DNA from: Candidatus Bathyarchaeota archaeon
GTDB taxonomy: Archaea > Thermoproteota > Bathyarchaeia > Bathyarchaeales > Bathycorpusculaceae
Length of the DNA stretch: 64,000 nt
NCBI GenBank assembly: GCA_963768425.1
Contig: CAVYHV010000014.1
Coordinates: forward strand, 305,530-369,529
Direction of reading: 5' to 3'
The notes below the pieces were generated by a model. It ran no database searches, was not told the DNA's origin, and saw only the letters and a list, made by a program, of their open reading frames with translations. How positions within the stretch are numbered: the first letter of the stretch is position 1; every line of letters starts with the position of its first letter. Below, one piece after another: positions 9,301 through 17,730 of the stretch. The translations under genes were made by a program, and so were the position numbers.

Positions 9301-10257
9301 ATGAGCCAGAATAACCCGAAAAAATTTAGTGCTGAAGACCTTAAGCAATTCGATGGGTCAAATGGAAAACCATTGTATGTTGTTTTCAAGGGAAAAGTTT
9401 ACGACCTTACAACCAGCCCGCTTTGGCTTCAGGGTACGCACATGGGCATGCATAACAAAAATGACGACTTAACTGAAGCAATAAAAACTGCCCCACATAC
9501 TGAGGATAACGTTTTCAGATTCCCGTATGTTGGAGAAATAGCCGAGCCCGTTTTGAAGGCGCCACCGCCTCTTCCACTTGAAGAGCAAAAGCCTGTCCAA
9601 CTACAGGTGCAGTCCCCACCGAACGCTGCGGGAGTCATGGAGAGGCGTACTTTCCTGAAACTTGCAGCTGCGACTGGGGGAGCAATCACTATAGCCGCGT
9701 TGCTTTCAACTTTGAAGGCAGGAACATTTGTGCCCCCTCCAACCACAACGACAGCGTGGCCAATAGTCACTGTTACAAACCTAAGCAAACTGACAAACCT
9801 CGTGCCGGTTGTGTTTTATTACCCATTAACCAGCACTCCGAACTACCTTGTAAAACTGGGCGTGGCCGCCACAGGCGGCATCGGACCAGAAAATGACATC
9901 GTGGCTTTCAGCGCGATTTGTCAACATTTAGGATGCGAATATGGCTTTGTTGCTCCAGGTGGCTCACCTCCCTGCAACTCAGGGTACAAGGCAGTTATGC
10001 CCATGGGCTACTGCTGTTGTCACGGTTCACAGTACGATTTCGTTCACGGCGCGAAAGTAATTGGCGGTCCAGCTCCACGACCTGTTCCTATGGTTCAACT
10101 GCAACTGGATACAACTACAGGAGACATAAGCGCGGTTGGGATGCAGCCGCCGACGATTTTTGGGCACGGTCCGCCGGGAACTACGAATCCAGCGTCGGTG
10201 ATGCAATATGATTTACAAGGTGGAGATTTAGTGACGCAATCCACAGTTTTGGGATGA
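9301..10257 (+). CDS. Fusion: cytochrome b5-like heme domain + Pro-rich linker + Tat signal/anchor + Rieske [2Fe-2S] domain
   Basis: N-terminal LKQFDGSNGKPLYVVFKGKVYDLT...H..H...DLT...APH (prokaryotic b5-like); MERRTFLK Tat motif; CQHLGC and CCCHGSQYD Rieske boxes; GGPAPRP. Confidence 0.88.
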   Translation: MSQNNPKKFSAEDLKQFDGSNGKPLYVVFKGKVYDLTTSPLWLQGTHMGMHNKNDDLTEAIKTAPHTEDNVFRFPYVGEIAEPVLKAPPPLPLEEQKPVQLQVQSPPNAAGVMERRTFLKLAAATGGAITIAALLSTLKAGTFVPPPTTTTAWPIVTVTNLSKLTNLVPVVFYYPLTSTPNYLVKLGVAATGGIGPENDIVAFSAICQHLGCEYGFVAPGGSPPCNSGYKAVMPMGYCCCHGSQYDFVHGAKVIGGPAPRPVPMVQLQLDTTTGDISAVGMQPPTIFGHGPPGTTNPASVMQYDLQGGDLVTQSTVLG

Positions 10258-11796
10258 ATGAGCATGACTGAACAAACTGAGCCCGCCAAAAAGACCGCTT
10301 ACGACAAGCTTGTCGACTGGTTTGACGTGAAGTTCGGCTTCGCCAAAGCGCCGCTAAAGCCGATTCCAGACTTCACTATGAACCCGATTTACTGGCTCGG
10401 CTTGCTATTAGCTGTGACTTTCGGCTTACAGGCGCTAACAGGAATCTTCATGCTTCTCTACTATGTGCCTACACCTGCCCAAGCCTACTCGTCGACGGCA
10501 TCTATAATCAGTTCCGTGCCTCTTGGTTCGCTTGTTGAAACCTTTCACCTGTACACAGCCTACGCCATGATTATCTTGACATTTCTCCACCTCACCCGCA
10601 ACTTTTTCGGCAGCGCTCACAAAGGGAACAGGGATTTAATGTGGCTTGTCGGAGTCATTTTGGCTGTAGTAGTCGTTAGCTTCGGGGTGACAGGGTATCT
10701 TTTACCGTGGACAGTGATTTCAAAGTCGGCAAGCGACGTCGCCATTGGATTTCTCAACTTCTTCCCCGTTGGCTTAGCAAACCTTGGAAAATTCGTTGCG
10801 GTAGGCTCAGGCAGCGACGCATCAGAGTTGACAACGTTCCTTCACATTCACACCGTTTTCCTTCCGCTAGCGCTCATTGGACTTTTGGGGTTGAAGATTT
10901 ACATGTATGAAGTGCATGGCCCAATCTACGTGTCAGCTTACGGAAAACCGGGAAAAGGCAAGTACTACAACTGGTTCCCGAAGATCTTCCTCTACTTCGT
11001 CATGCTCGCAAGCGCCTACGTAGCGATACTGCTGGCTGCATCTTCCCTTTTCCCTCTGGTTTTGCCACCAGCATATTCCGCAGCAACCGCCGGCGCATAT
11101 GTCGTCCAGCCTGACTGGTATCTGCTATGGGTTTACCAACTCTTGAAAATCCAGATTTTTGAAGGACCAGCCGCGGCTTACGTGATAGCCGCTCTAATTG
11201 CTTTTGGAGTACTTCTTTTCCTCATGCCTTTCTACGACAGAAGCAAACGCAGAAACATAAGTCAAAGACCAGTCTATACCACTATCGGCGCCGTGCTGAT
11301 AATTGAGCTCATAACTCTAACCATATGGGGCTATCTGACTCCTGGGCGAATAATTCCGGATTACCAAGCCCTGCTTGTTTTAGGCGGAGTAGCTGTGGCA
11401 ACTATCGCTGCGCTTTGGGCGGTTTATCGACTACGACGAAAAACAAACACAGCAACTGTCCTGCCGACACAATCTACAGCAAACCCACTCTTGACCAGCC
11501 CGCTCATGACGACACCATCCATCGCAAACCATTCCCCAAAGAGGGCTGCCCAGTCGAAAAAACAACTTGTAAAGCGTGCAGGCCAAAACTTGTTTAATTC
11601 GTTCACCGCTGTTTTCGCCGTTTTCCTGGCTGTTGCATCAGTTTCACTGGCGTCAGCCGTAAACATGTTACCTAACGTTTTACCAAATGCGCCCTTCTTC
11701 GTGTTAGCTTTGTCTGCTTTTGTCGTTTCGGCGTTTTTCATGAGTCGGATGCTACGAAAGTTTGTGTTAGCGTATAACGGAGCAGTGACTAAATGA
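10258..11796 (+). CDS. Cytochrome b of a Rieske/cytochrome b complex (b6 and subunit IV regions fused, extra C-terminal TMs)
   Basis: LQALTGIFMLLYYVP, FHLYTAYAMIILTFLHL, TGYLLPW, LHIHT and QPDWY (Qo motif). Confidence 0.9.
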   Translation: MSMTEQTEPAKKTAYDKLVDWFDVKFGFAKAPLKPIPDFTMNPIYWLGLLLAVTFGLQALTGIFMLLYYVPTPAQAYSSTASIISSVPLGSLVETFHLYTAYAMIILTFLHLTRNFFGSAHKGNRDLMWLVGVILAVVVVSFGVTGYLLPWTVISKSASDVAIGFLNFFPVGLANLGKFVAVGSGSDASELTTFLHIHTVFLPLALIGLLGLKIYMYEVHGPIYVSAYGKPGKGKYYNWFPKIFLYFVMLASAYVAILLAASSLFPLVLPPAYSAATAGAYVVQPDWYLLWVYQLLKIQIFEGPAAAYVIAALIAFGVLLFLMPFYDRSKRRNISQRPVYTTIGAVLIIELITLTIWGYLTPGRIIPDYQALLVLGGVAVATIAALWAVYRLRRKTNTATVLPTQSTANPLLTSPLMTTPSIANHSPKRAAQSKKQLVKRAGQNLFNSFTAVFAVFLAVASVSLASAVNMLPNVLPNAPFFVLALSAFVVSAFFMSRMLRKFVLAYNGAVTK

Positions 11797-12449
11797 TGAA
11801 GGACAACTTTGACTCTTTGCGCGTCACCGCCTATTTCCTATTGGCTTTCCTGGCAATTGTCGGAGTTGCAGTTTGGCTTCTAAACCTGATAACTCAATGG
11901 AGAGTCTTCGGTTTCTTGATGAGCGCAGAATTCACCGCATTCGCAATGCTCGTCTACCTTTTCTATATGGAAGACCCGGTTGCAGCCAAGAAAATATTAA
12001 CCTCCGGGTTCGTTGCCCTAGGAATCCTAATTATTTTGGCAGGCGCCGTTTTAGCTGGTGCTGGGACACCGGTGACGCTGCCTAAGCCCAATGTTTCAGT
12101 CACTCTTTACGCTGGCGAGGTTTCCTCCAACTTGTTCGGATTCGGAAACAGCGCAACTTCCATAACTTCGCCTGGTCCAACCTTAACGTTCACGGTGGGC
12201 GACGTCGTAAACATGACTGTTTTCAACGCGGGAACAATGCCTCATAACTGGGCGCTAGTCGCCTCAAACGATACTTCAGGCAAAGTTCTTTTCGGCGCAC
12301 AAATCGACAGCGGCCAAGTTCCCATACCCGTCAACGAATCAGCATCGGTTGTTTTCAGAGTCACAAAAGCTGGGAATTACTACTACATTTGTCAGGTTGC
12401 GGGTCACGTACAGTTAGGTATGTGGGGCAGTGTGATAGCGAATCCGTGA
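11793..12449 (+). CDS. Membrane-anchored blue copper (sulfocyanin/rusticyanin-like cupredoxin) protein
   Basis: Three N-terminal hydrophobic helices; MPHNW...YYYICQVAGHVQLGM gives His/Cys/His/Met type-1 Cu ligands; ATGA overlap with cytochrome b. Confidence 0.88.
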   Translation: MMKDNFDSLRVTAYFLLAFLAIVGVAVWLLNLITQWRVFGFLMSAEFTAFAMLVYLFYMEDPVAAKKILTSGFVALGILIILAGAVLAGAGTPVTLPKPNVSVTLYAGEVSSNLFGFGNSATSITSPGPTLTFTVGDVVNMTVFNAGTMPHNWALVASNDTSGKVLFGAQIDSGQVPIPVNESASVVFRVTKAGNYYYICQVAGHVQLGMWGSVIANP

Positions 12450-12541
12450 CACAAAAAACCGCTGAAAAACTTTATGCTTCATGCCTCTTTTTCCTCGCAA
12501 GTTTACTTACGGGCCTGGTAAGCTTGGTCGCGTTAGGTTTT

Positions 12542-13249
12542 GTGTTTGCAAAGCAAAAAACCGAAAAGACACATGAACCTAAAAAAGCAAAGGGTTTCCT
12601 TGCAGATGAGCATAAAGCACTGAATTTTTACAGAGTATTCTCTGTTGCCTACGACACTTTGAACCCGTACTTGTACACCGACGCCATGCGCAGCGAGATG
12701 GTAAATCAAATCCCAAACGGCGCAAACCTGCGGGTGCTCGACGTTGGATGCGGAACAGGCTACACCACATCAGGAGTTTTGAAGCGAGGAGACGTTTCAG
12801 AAATGGTTGCGTTGGACATGAACCCTGTGCAGCTCAAAAGAGCCGTCAAAAATCTGCGCCCGGAAAAGGTCAGGACTTTTATTTCAAGAGGCGACGCGGA
12901 CAACTTGCCGTTTGCAGACTACTCTTTTGATGCGGTGATTTCTGTTGGAGCTATCGAGTATTTTCCTGATCCTGAGAAAACAATTATGGAGTTTGCAAGA
13001 GTCATAAAATCCAGCGGAACCGTTATTGTTGGCGGACCTGAATTGGGTTGGTTCAGCAAGCTGGCTTTAAACAGGGTTTTTTACACGCCTTCCGTCCGAG
13101 AAATGGAGACTTTTTTTCGCAAAGCAGATCTTGTCAGGGTGAAATCCAGCCTTACAGGTATGAAAACTTTTTTCGGAACAAGCAAGTATGTTGTTTTTGC
13201 CGTTGGAAAGAAGCCGAGTCGACTGAGGATTAACGGGAAGACTAGGTAG
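12542..13249 (+). CDS. Class I SAM methyltransferase, UbiE/MenG- or VTE3-like (probable quinone C-methyltransferase)
   Basis: FYRVFSVAYDTLNP...MR, VLDVGCGTG, GDADNLPF and GAIEYFPDP motifs; next to menA; start codon uncertain. Confidence 0.75.
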   Translation: MFAKQKTEKTHEPKKAKGFLADEHKALNFYRVFSVAYDTLNPYLYTDAMRSEMVNQIPNGANLRVLDVGCGTGYTTSGVLKRGDVSEMVALDMNPVQLKRAVKNLRPEKVRTFISRGDADNLPFADYSFDAVISVGAIEYFPDPEKTIMEFARVIKSSGTVIVGGPELGWFSKLALNRVFYTPSVREMETFFRKADLVRVKSSLTGMKTFFGTSKYVVFAVGKKPSRLRINGKTR

Positions 13250-13252
13250 GGT

Positions 13253-14284
13253 TTAAGGTTTTTTTCTTGAACTAAGCAAAGCCCAAGCCACAGGAGCATA
13301 TGCAATGGCCAGCATTGCCAAGATGAAGACGAGTTGAAACGGGTTAGCTTTGTTCAATGTGCCCGCGACTGAGTAACCCGCGATTAAACCGAAGGCGGTC
13401 ACGCTGTGAGCCACTATCATGTCAAGGTTGGCTGGTGCCATCAATCTCGGATTGTCATTATGTATCCTAACGACCCTAATGGAGTGGATTACGAGAGGCA
13501 GGGAAAGCAAAGCGACTAGAGTGTAGAGCGGTATGAAGCCGAGCAAGGCAGAAGCGACGATTATCGAGTATGTGCATATCCAGCTTGCTATGTACAGTTT
13601 GATCCCTGCCTGTTTGCCGTACCTTGCGACAAGCGTGAGTTTCCCAGCAGCTGTGTCCTCCTTTATGTCAGGAATCTCATTAATCACAATCATTGAAAAC
13701 AGCATAACTCCTAAAGGCAACGTCGCCAAAAAAGCCTGCAACGTTATGGTTTGCGCTTGAACATAAAAGGCGCCTAAACCGATGATTGAGCCGAAATTCA
13801 CCAGCATTGCAAGCTCGCCTAGCCCGTGGTGGCCAAAGCTTATCGGCGGAGCGGTATAGAAAACAGCACAAAACACACCGAATATTCCAAATGCCAAGAT
13901 AGGCAAGCCTCGTGTTAAGGTGAGGTAGAAGCCGACAATCAAAGTGACGAGGTAGCACAGGGTGAATGCCTTAAACATGCTCCTAGGCGTCAAGAGTCCG
14001 CTGCTAAGAGTAGCGCTGCCGCCTGAATACGGGTTCTTCTCACCTGGTGCAAGCTTGTCCACACTGTGTTTATAGTCGAAATAATCGTCGGTCATGTTTA
14101 AACCGATGTGATTAATAATTATGGCGACGAGAACAAGAAGGAAATACAGTGGAGTAAAACCGCTGTTAGTAGCCCAACTGACTAAGCCGCCCAAAACGGC
14201 GGGGAAGATACTGGGAGGCACAAAGTGGTAACGGAACGCTCGCCACCACACTTTCGCTTTACTGATTTGATCTGTGCTTGACAT
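13253..14284 (-). CDS. menA: 1,4-dihydroxy-2-naphthoate prenyltransferase (UbiA family)
   Basis: NMTDDYFDYKHSVD, YSGGS, YTAPP, GLGE and NEIPDIKEDTAAGKLTL motifs; multiple TMs. Confidence 0.82.
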   Translation of the reverse strand: MSSTDQISKAKVWWRAFRYHFVPPSIFPAVLGGLVSWATNSGFTPLYFLLVLVAIIINHIGLNMTDDYFDYKHSVDKLAPGEKNPYSGGSATLSSGLLTPRSMFKAFTLCYLVTLIVGFYLTLTRGLPILAFGIFGVFCAVFYTAPPISFGHHGLGELAMLVNFGSIIGLGAFYVQAQTITLQAFLATLPLGVMLFSMIVINEIPDIKEDTAAGKLTLVARYGKQAGIKLYIASWICTYSIIVASALLGFIPLYTLVALLSLPLVIHSIRVVRIHNDNPRLMAPANLDMIVAHSVTAFGLIAGYSVAGTLNKANPFQLVFILAMLAIAYAPVAWALLSSRKKP

Positions 14285-14584
14285 CCTTGTACAATCCTAA
14301 AGAAATATTTACATTAAGTAAATAGATAAACCTAAATTCAAGGGCTTAGCAGAAGCAGGCGCCAAAACGTCTGCATCCCGACATCTAAATAATCAAATTC
14401 GGCAAATTAAAACCTACCTAAACTGAAGGCGACATGGTTTAATGAATTTTCTTCGCCCTTCAGCCATTTAGAAATAATTTTTGTGTAGACATAAAGCAAC
14501 AAAAAAGGGCGAAATTAAATCGATTCTTTTGTCTTAACTCTACTTTCCCCATTTCAACCTCTTTTTGACAAAACAGGACAAGAA

Positions 14585-14884
14585 TTATTGAGGCGGCTGT
14601 TCTGCTTTGCGTTTTCTGAAAAGAATGAACACGTGGCCCCTAACTTCAACCAAGCCGGACCCAGTTTGCTCAGCAGCTTTGGAACCTATTGATTGAGCTG
14701 TGTTATCACTTTGCAAAGCGGCAGGCAAAACCCTGACTTTCACCATCTTGTTTTTCTGCAGTTGCTTCTCCATCTCGCCAATGCACTGCGGCGTTAAGCC
14801 TTCTTTGCCGACCCAAATTGTTGGGTTCTCATCTTTCAAAACGTGCCTAACGTGACGTTTCATTCGCGTAGTTATTTTGCTCAA
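14585..14884 (-). CDS. YhbY/CRM-domain RNA-binding protein
   Basis: PTIWVGKEGLT...KMVKVRVL...VEVRGHVFILFR. Confidence 0.88.
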   Translation of the reverse strand: MSKITTRMKRHVRHVLKDENPTIWVGKEGLTPQCIGEMEKQLQKNKMVKVRVLPAALQSDNTAQSIGSKAAEQTGSGLVEVRGHVFILFRKRKAEQPPQ

Positions 14885-15206
14885 GATTTTGTTGCACCTT
14901 TCTCTTTCTTAACATCATGCGGGTCTGATTGCCGCAGTTTAAACAAGTTATTACAACATGAGGCTCCCTTTTCTGCTTTACCCTAACCCGACAATTATAG
15001 CCTTGAACAAGCAGCGCATTGCAGTTTTTGCATGTTTGCCTCCGAAATTCTGTGGGCAATCGAATTCTAGCAGCCATAGCGATTCTTCGAGCTGACTTTA
15101 CATATTGTGCGGCTAATTTGGGGTCTTCTTTAGAAATTTTCTTTGCCTCATCTAGCAGTGTTTGAATTCGCTGCCTTGCAATTTGCTTAACGCTGGTTTG
15201 CCTCAT
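14847..15206 (-). CDS. rnp4: Ribonuclease P protein component 4 (Rpp21)
   Basis: IARQRI...RRIAMAARIRLP, CKNC and CLNCG zinc ribbon; conserved archaeal synteny with yhbY. Confidence 0.92.
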   Translation of the reverse strand: MRQTSVKQIARQRIQTLLDEAKKISKEDPKLAAQYVKSARRIAMAARIRLPTEFRRQTCKNCNALLVQGYNCRVRVKQKREPHVVITCLNCGNQTRMMLRKRKVQQNLEQNNYANETSR

Positions 15207-15266
15207 TTAGCCTTCACAAACAACAAATAACGTGCTGAGACTCGAACATAACATTTGCGCCTTCAA

Positions 15267-16154
15267 TCAGCTTTTCCCTAAAAGTTCAAGCTTCAACCGT
15301 TTCAGCGCTTCGTGCATTTCAAGCGGTTTGCTTTTCAGCGTCTGCTGGGCTTTTGTGGTGTCAAGCGATGAATCCATTGGTCGCTTCGCCGGCCATTTGA
15401 ATTGTGAAGACAGAGCTGGATCTATGAGGTTTTTGTCAAGGTCGAATGTTTCTGCAATTTGTTGGGCAAATTGGAATCTGCTGACTCGTGTGGCGCCGCA
15501 AAGATGAAATGTTCCTGTTAAGTGGCGTTCAGCTGCTTCAAGCGTCATTTCTGCCAGATTCGTGTTGAGTGTTGGTGTGTTCCATTGGTCAGTCAAGATT
15601 TTGAGGTGTTCTCCTTTGCGAAGCGCTTCAATTAGCCAAAGCGCGAAGTTAACTTTTCCAGCTGCAGGTGTGGAGCCGTAAATTACGCTTGGCCTGCCAA
15701 TAAGATATTCGGGCAGAGCCTTAACAAGGTCTTCAGCCGCAAGTTTGGTTAGCCCGTAGTAATTAATCGGGTCAGGCTTGTCTAACTCGGTGTAATTGCC
15801 TTTTTCTCCGTTGAAAACATAATCTGTTGAAATGTATATCAAAAAAGAACCAACCATCTTGGCTGCGTTCACGATATTTCGCGTGCCTTCAACGTTGATT
15901 TTCCACGCAAGCTCCTTGTTTAATTCACATTTATCAACATCAGTCAGGGTTGCAGCGTGAACCACTACGTCGGGCTTAACCCGGCTAAATGCTTGGTCAA
16001 CCAGTTCTTTGTTTGAAACGTCAAACTTGACAAAGTTGCCGCAAACCGGCATCTCCTGAACGTCGCAGGAATATACTTCAATATTTCTTTCAATCGCCGT
16101 CTTCGCGAGTTTTGAGCCGTAGAGACCTATGGCGCCAGTGATTAGGAGTTTCAA
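15267..16154 (-). CDS. rfbD: dTDP-4-dehydrorhamnose reductase
   Basis: LLITGAIG, TDVDKCE, YISTDYVFNG and YYGLTKLAAE motifs. Confidence 0.9.
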   Translation of the reverse strand: MKLLITGAIGLYGSKLAKTAIERNIEVYSCDVQEMPVCGNFVKFDVSNKELVDQAFSRVKPDVVVHAATLTDVDKCELNKELAWKINVEGTRNIVNAAKMVGSFLIYISTDYVFNGEKGNYTELDKPDPINYYGLTKLAAEDLVKALPEYLIGRPSVIYGSTPAAGKVNFALWLIEALRKGEHLKILTDQWNTPTLNTNLAEMTLEAAERHLTGTFHLCGATRVSRFQFAQQIAETFDLDKNLIDPALSSQFKWPAKRPMDSSLDTTKAQQTLKSKPLEMHEALKRLKLELLGKS

Positions 16155-17159
16155 TGGAATCCACTCAGTTTCCAAGGGGTCGGATGGAGAATCACATCGT
16201 TCGCGAATGGTGTCCACCAATGCTCGTTGTCAAGATACCAGCGGACAGTAGATTCTAAAGATTCTTCGAAGTTGCATTTCGGCTGCCAATTCAATGTTTT
16301 CCTTATTTTTGACGAATCCAAGCTATATCTTGTATCATGGCCTGGACGGTCTTCAACAAAATTGATCAAACTTTCAGGTTTATGCACAGCAGGCGAGTAT
16401 TTTCTTTACAATCTCGATGTTTGTAATTTCGTTTCCAGCTGAAACGTTGTATACCTCGCCAGATTTTCCCTTCTCAAGAACCGTTTCGATTGCTTCACAA
16501 TGATCTCGAACGTGGATCCAGTCGCGTATGTTTTTGCCTGACCCATAGACCGGTATGGGAAGATCTCTCTGCGCACGTATGATTGTTTTCGGAATAAGCT
16601 TCTCCGGCAGCTGATAAGGACCGAAATTGTTTGTGCAGCGGGTAATTGACACGTTCAAGTTGTAAGTTCTATGGTACGACAGAACGAACATGTCAGCTGC
16701 AGCTTTGGAAGCGGAGTAAGGATTGGATGGTTTAGGCGGCTCATTCTCTGTGAAGGAACCTTCCAACGTTTCCCCGTAAACCTCGTCAGTTGAAACCTGC
16801 AGAAGCCGAACTTTATGATTGTGCTTGCGTATGGCTTCCAAAACTGTGAAGGTGCCGATTGTGTTGTTTTGCAGAAACACGTTTGGGTCAGCAATGCTTC
16901 GATCAACATGCGTCTCTGCTGCAATGTTAACAATAGCATCTACTTGATGTATGAGCCTGCTGATAAGCAAAGGATTGCAAATGTCGCCTTTGATGAATGT
17001 GTATCTTTTATCGTTTTCAACATCATGCAGATTAGCCGGGTTGGCGCCTATTCCTACCTTGTCGACATTTATCAATTCGTAATCAGGGTATTTCTCAAGG
17101 ATGTATCGGCAAAAATTGCTGCCGATGAAGCCTAAACCGCCAGTAACTAACAGTCTCAT
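16151..17159 (-). CDS. rfbB: dTDP-glucose 4,6-dehydratase (one apparent frameshift near 16385)
   Basis: VTGGLGFIGSNF, AAETHVDRSI, STDEVYG, YSASKAAAD and DRPGHDTRY motifs. Confidence 0.93.
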
Positions 17160-17165
17160 GGTTGA

Positions 17166-17687
17166 TCACTTATGAGCCGGGAGATTCCAATCCCAAGCTT
17201 TACCTACTCGAACATCGTTCTTTTTGCCGTTGATAATTTTGGGGATAAGCAGAGGGTCATTCCAGGGTCTGCGTTCCTCATCAGGATTGGCGGGGTCATA
17301 CAGGTTTGTTGTAAAGTACAGGAGCATAGCGGATTCGTCGCCTAGAGCCTTGAAGCCATGCCAGTAATGACCTGGAATTCGAACCACCTGCAGGTTTAAC
17401 GCGCTTGAGATAACCTCGTCAAGTTCTTTTGTTTCATCGTCGAAAGCGCAGATTTTTATTAATCCTTTAAGCGCCAAAAAATAATCTACTTGTCCTCTCA
17501 GATGCCTGTGCCATGCACGGATAACGCCAGGGTAAGTTGATGAAAGATTAGCCTGTGCAACAGCATCCTCTCCGAAAAGATCTTTCCAGTCTTTACGCAT
17601 AACTTCGGTGAAAAAGCCGCGTTCATCTGGTAACCGACTTATTGGTTTAATCCGTATGCCCTGTAACATGTCAGTGCTTCCCTGCAT
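17166..17687 (-). CDS. rfbC: dTDP-4-dehydrorhamnose 3,5-epimerase family
   Basis: DERGFFTE, GVIRAWHRH and PGHYWHGF motifs; within the rfb operon. Confidence 0.85.
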   Translation of the reverse strand: MQGSTDMLQGIRIKPISRLPDERGFFTEVMRKDWKDLFGEDAVAQANLSSTYPGVIRAWHRHLRGQVDYFLALKGLIKICAFDDETKELDEVISSALNLQVVRIPGHYWHGFKALGDESAMLLYFTTNLYDPANPDEERRPWNDPLLIPKIINGKKNDVRVGKAWDWNLPAHK

Positions 17688-17730
17688 TAATTCCTATAAT
17701 AATATTTATAATAGTTGTTATTTTCTCGGG

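Noticed and set aside
14423-14463. Imperfect inverted repeat CTGAAGGCGA...TCGCCCTTCAG (similar hairpins near 51461, 57906, 61330 and 61876)
   Set aside because: These are short isolated hairpins compatible with ordinary terminators or chance; nothing supports IS ends or ncRNA.
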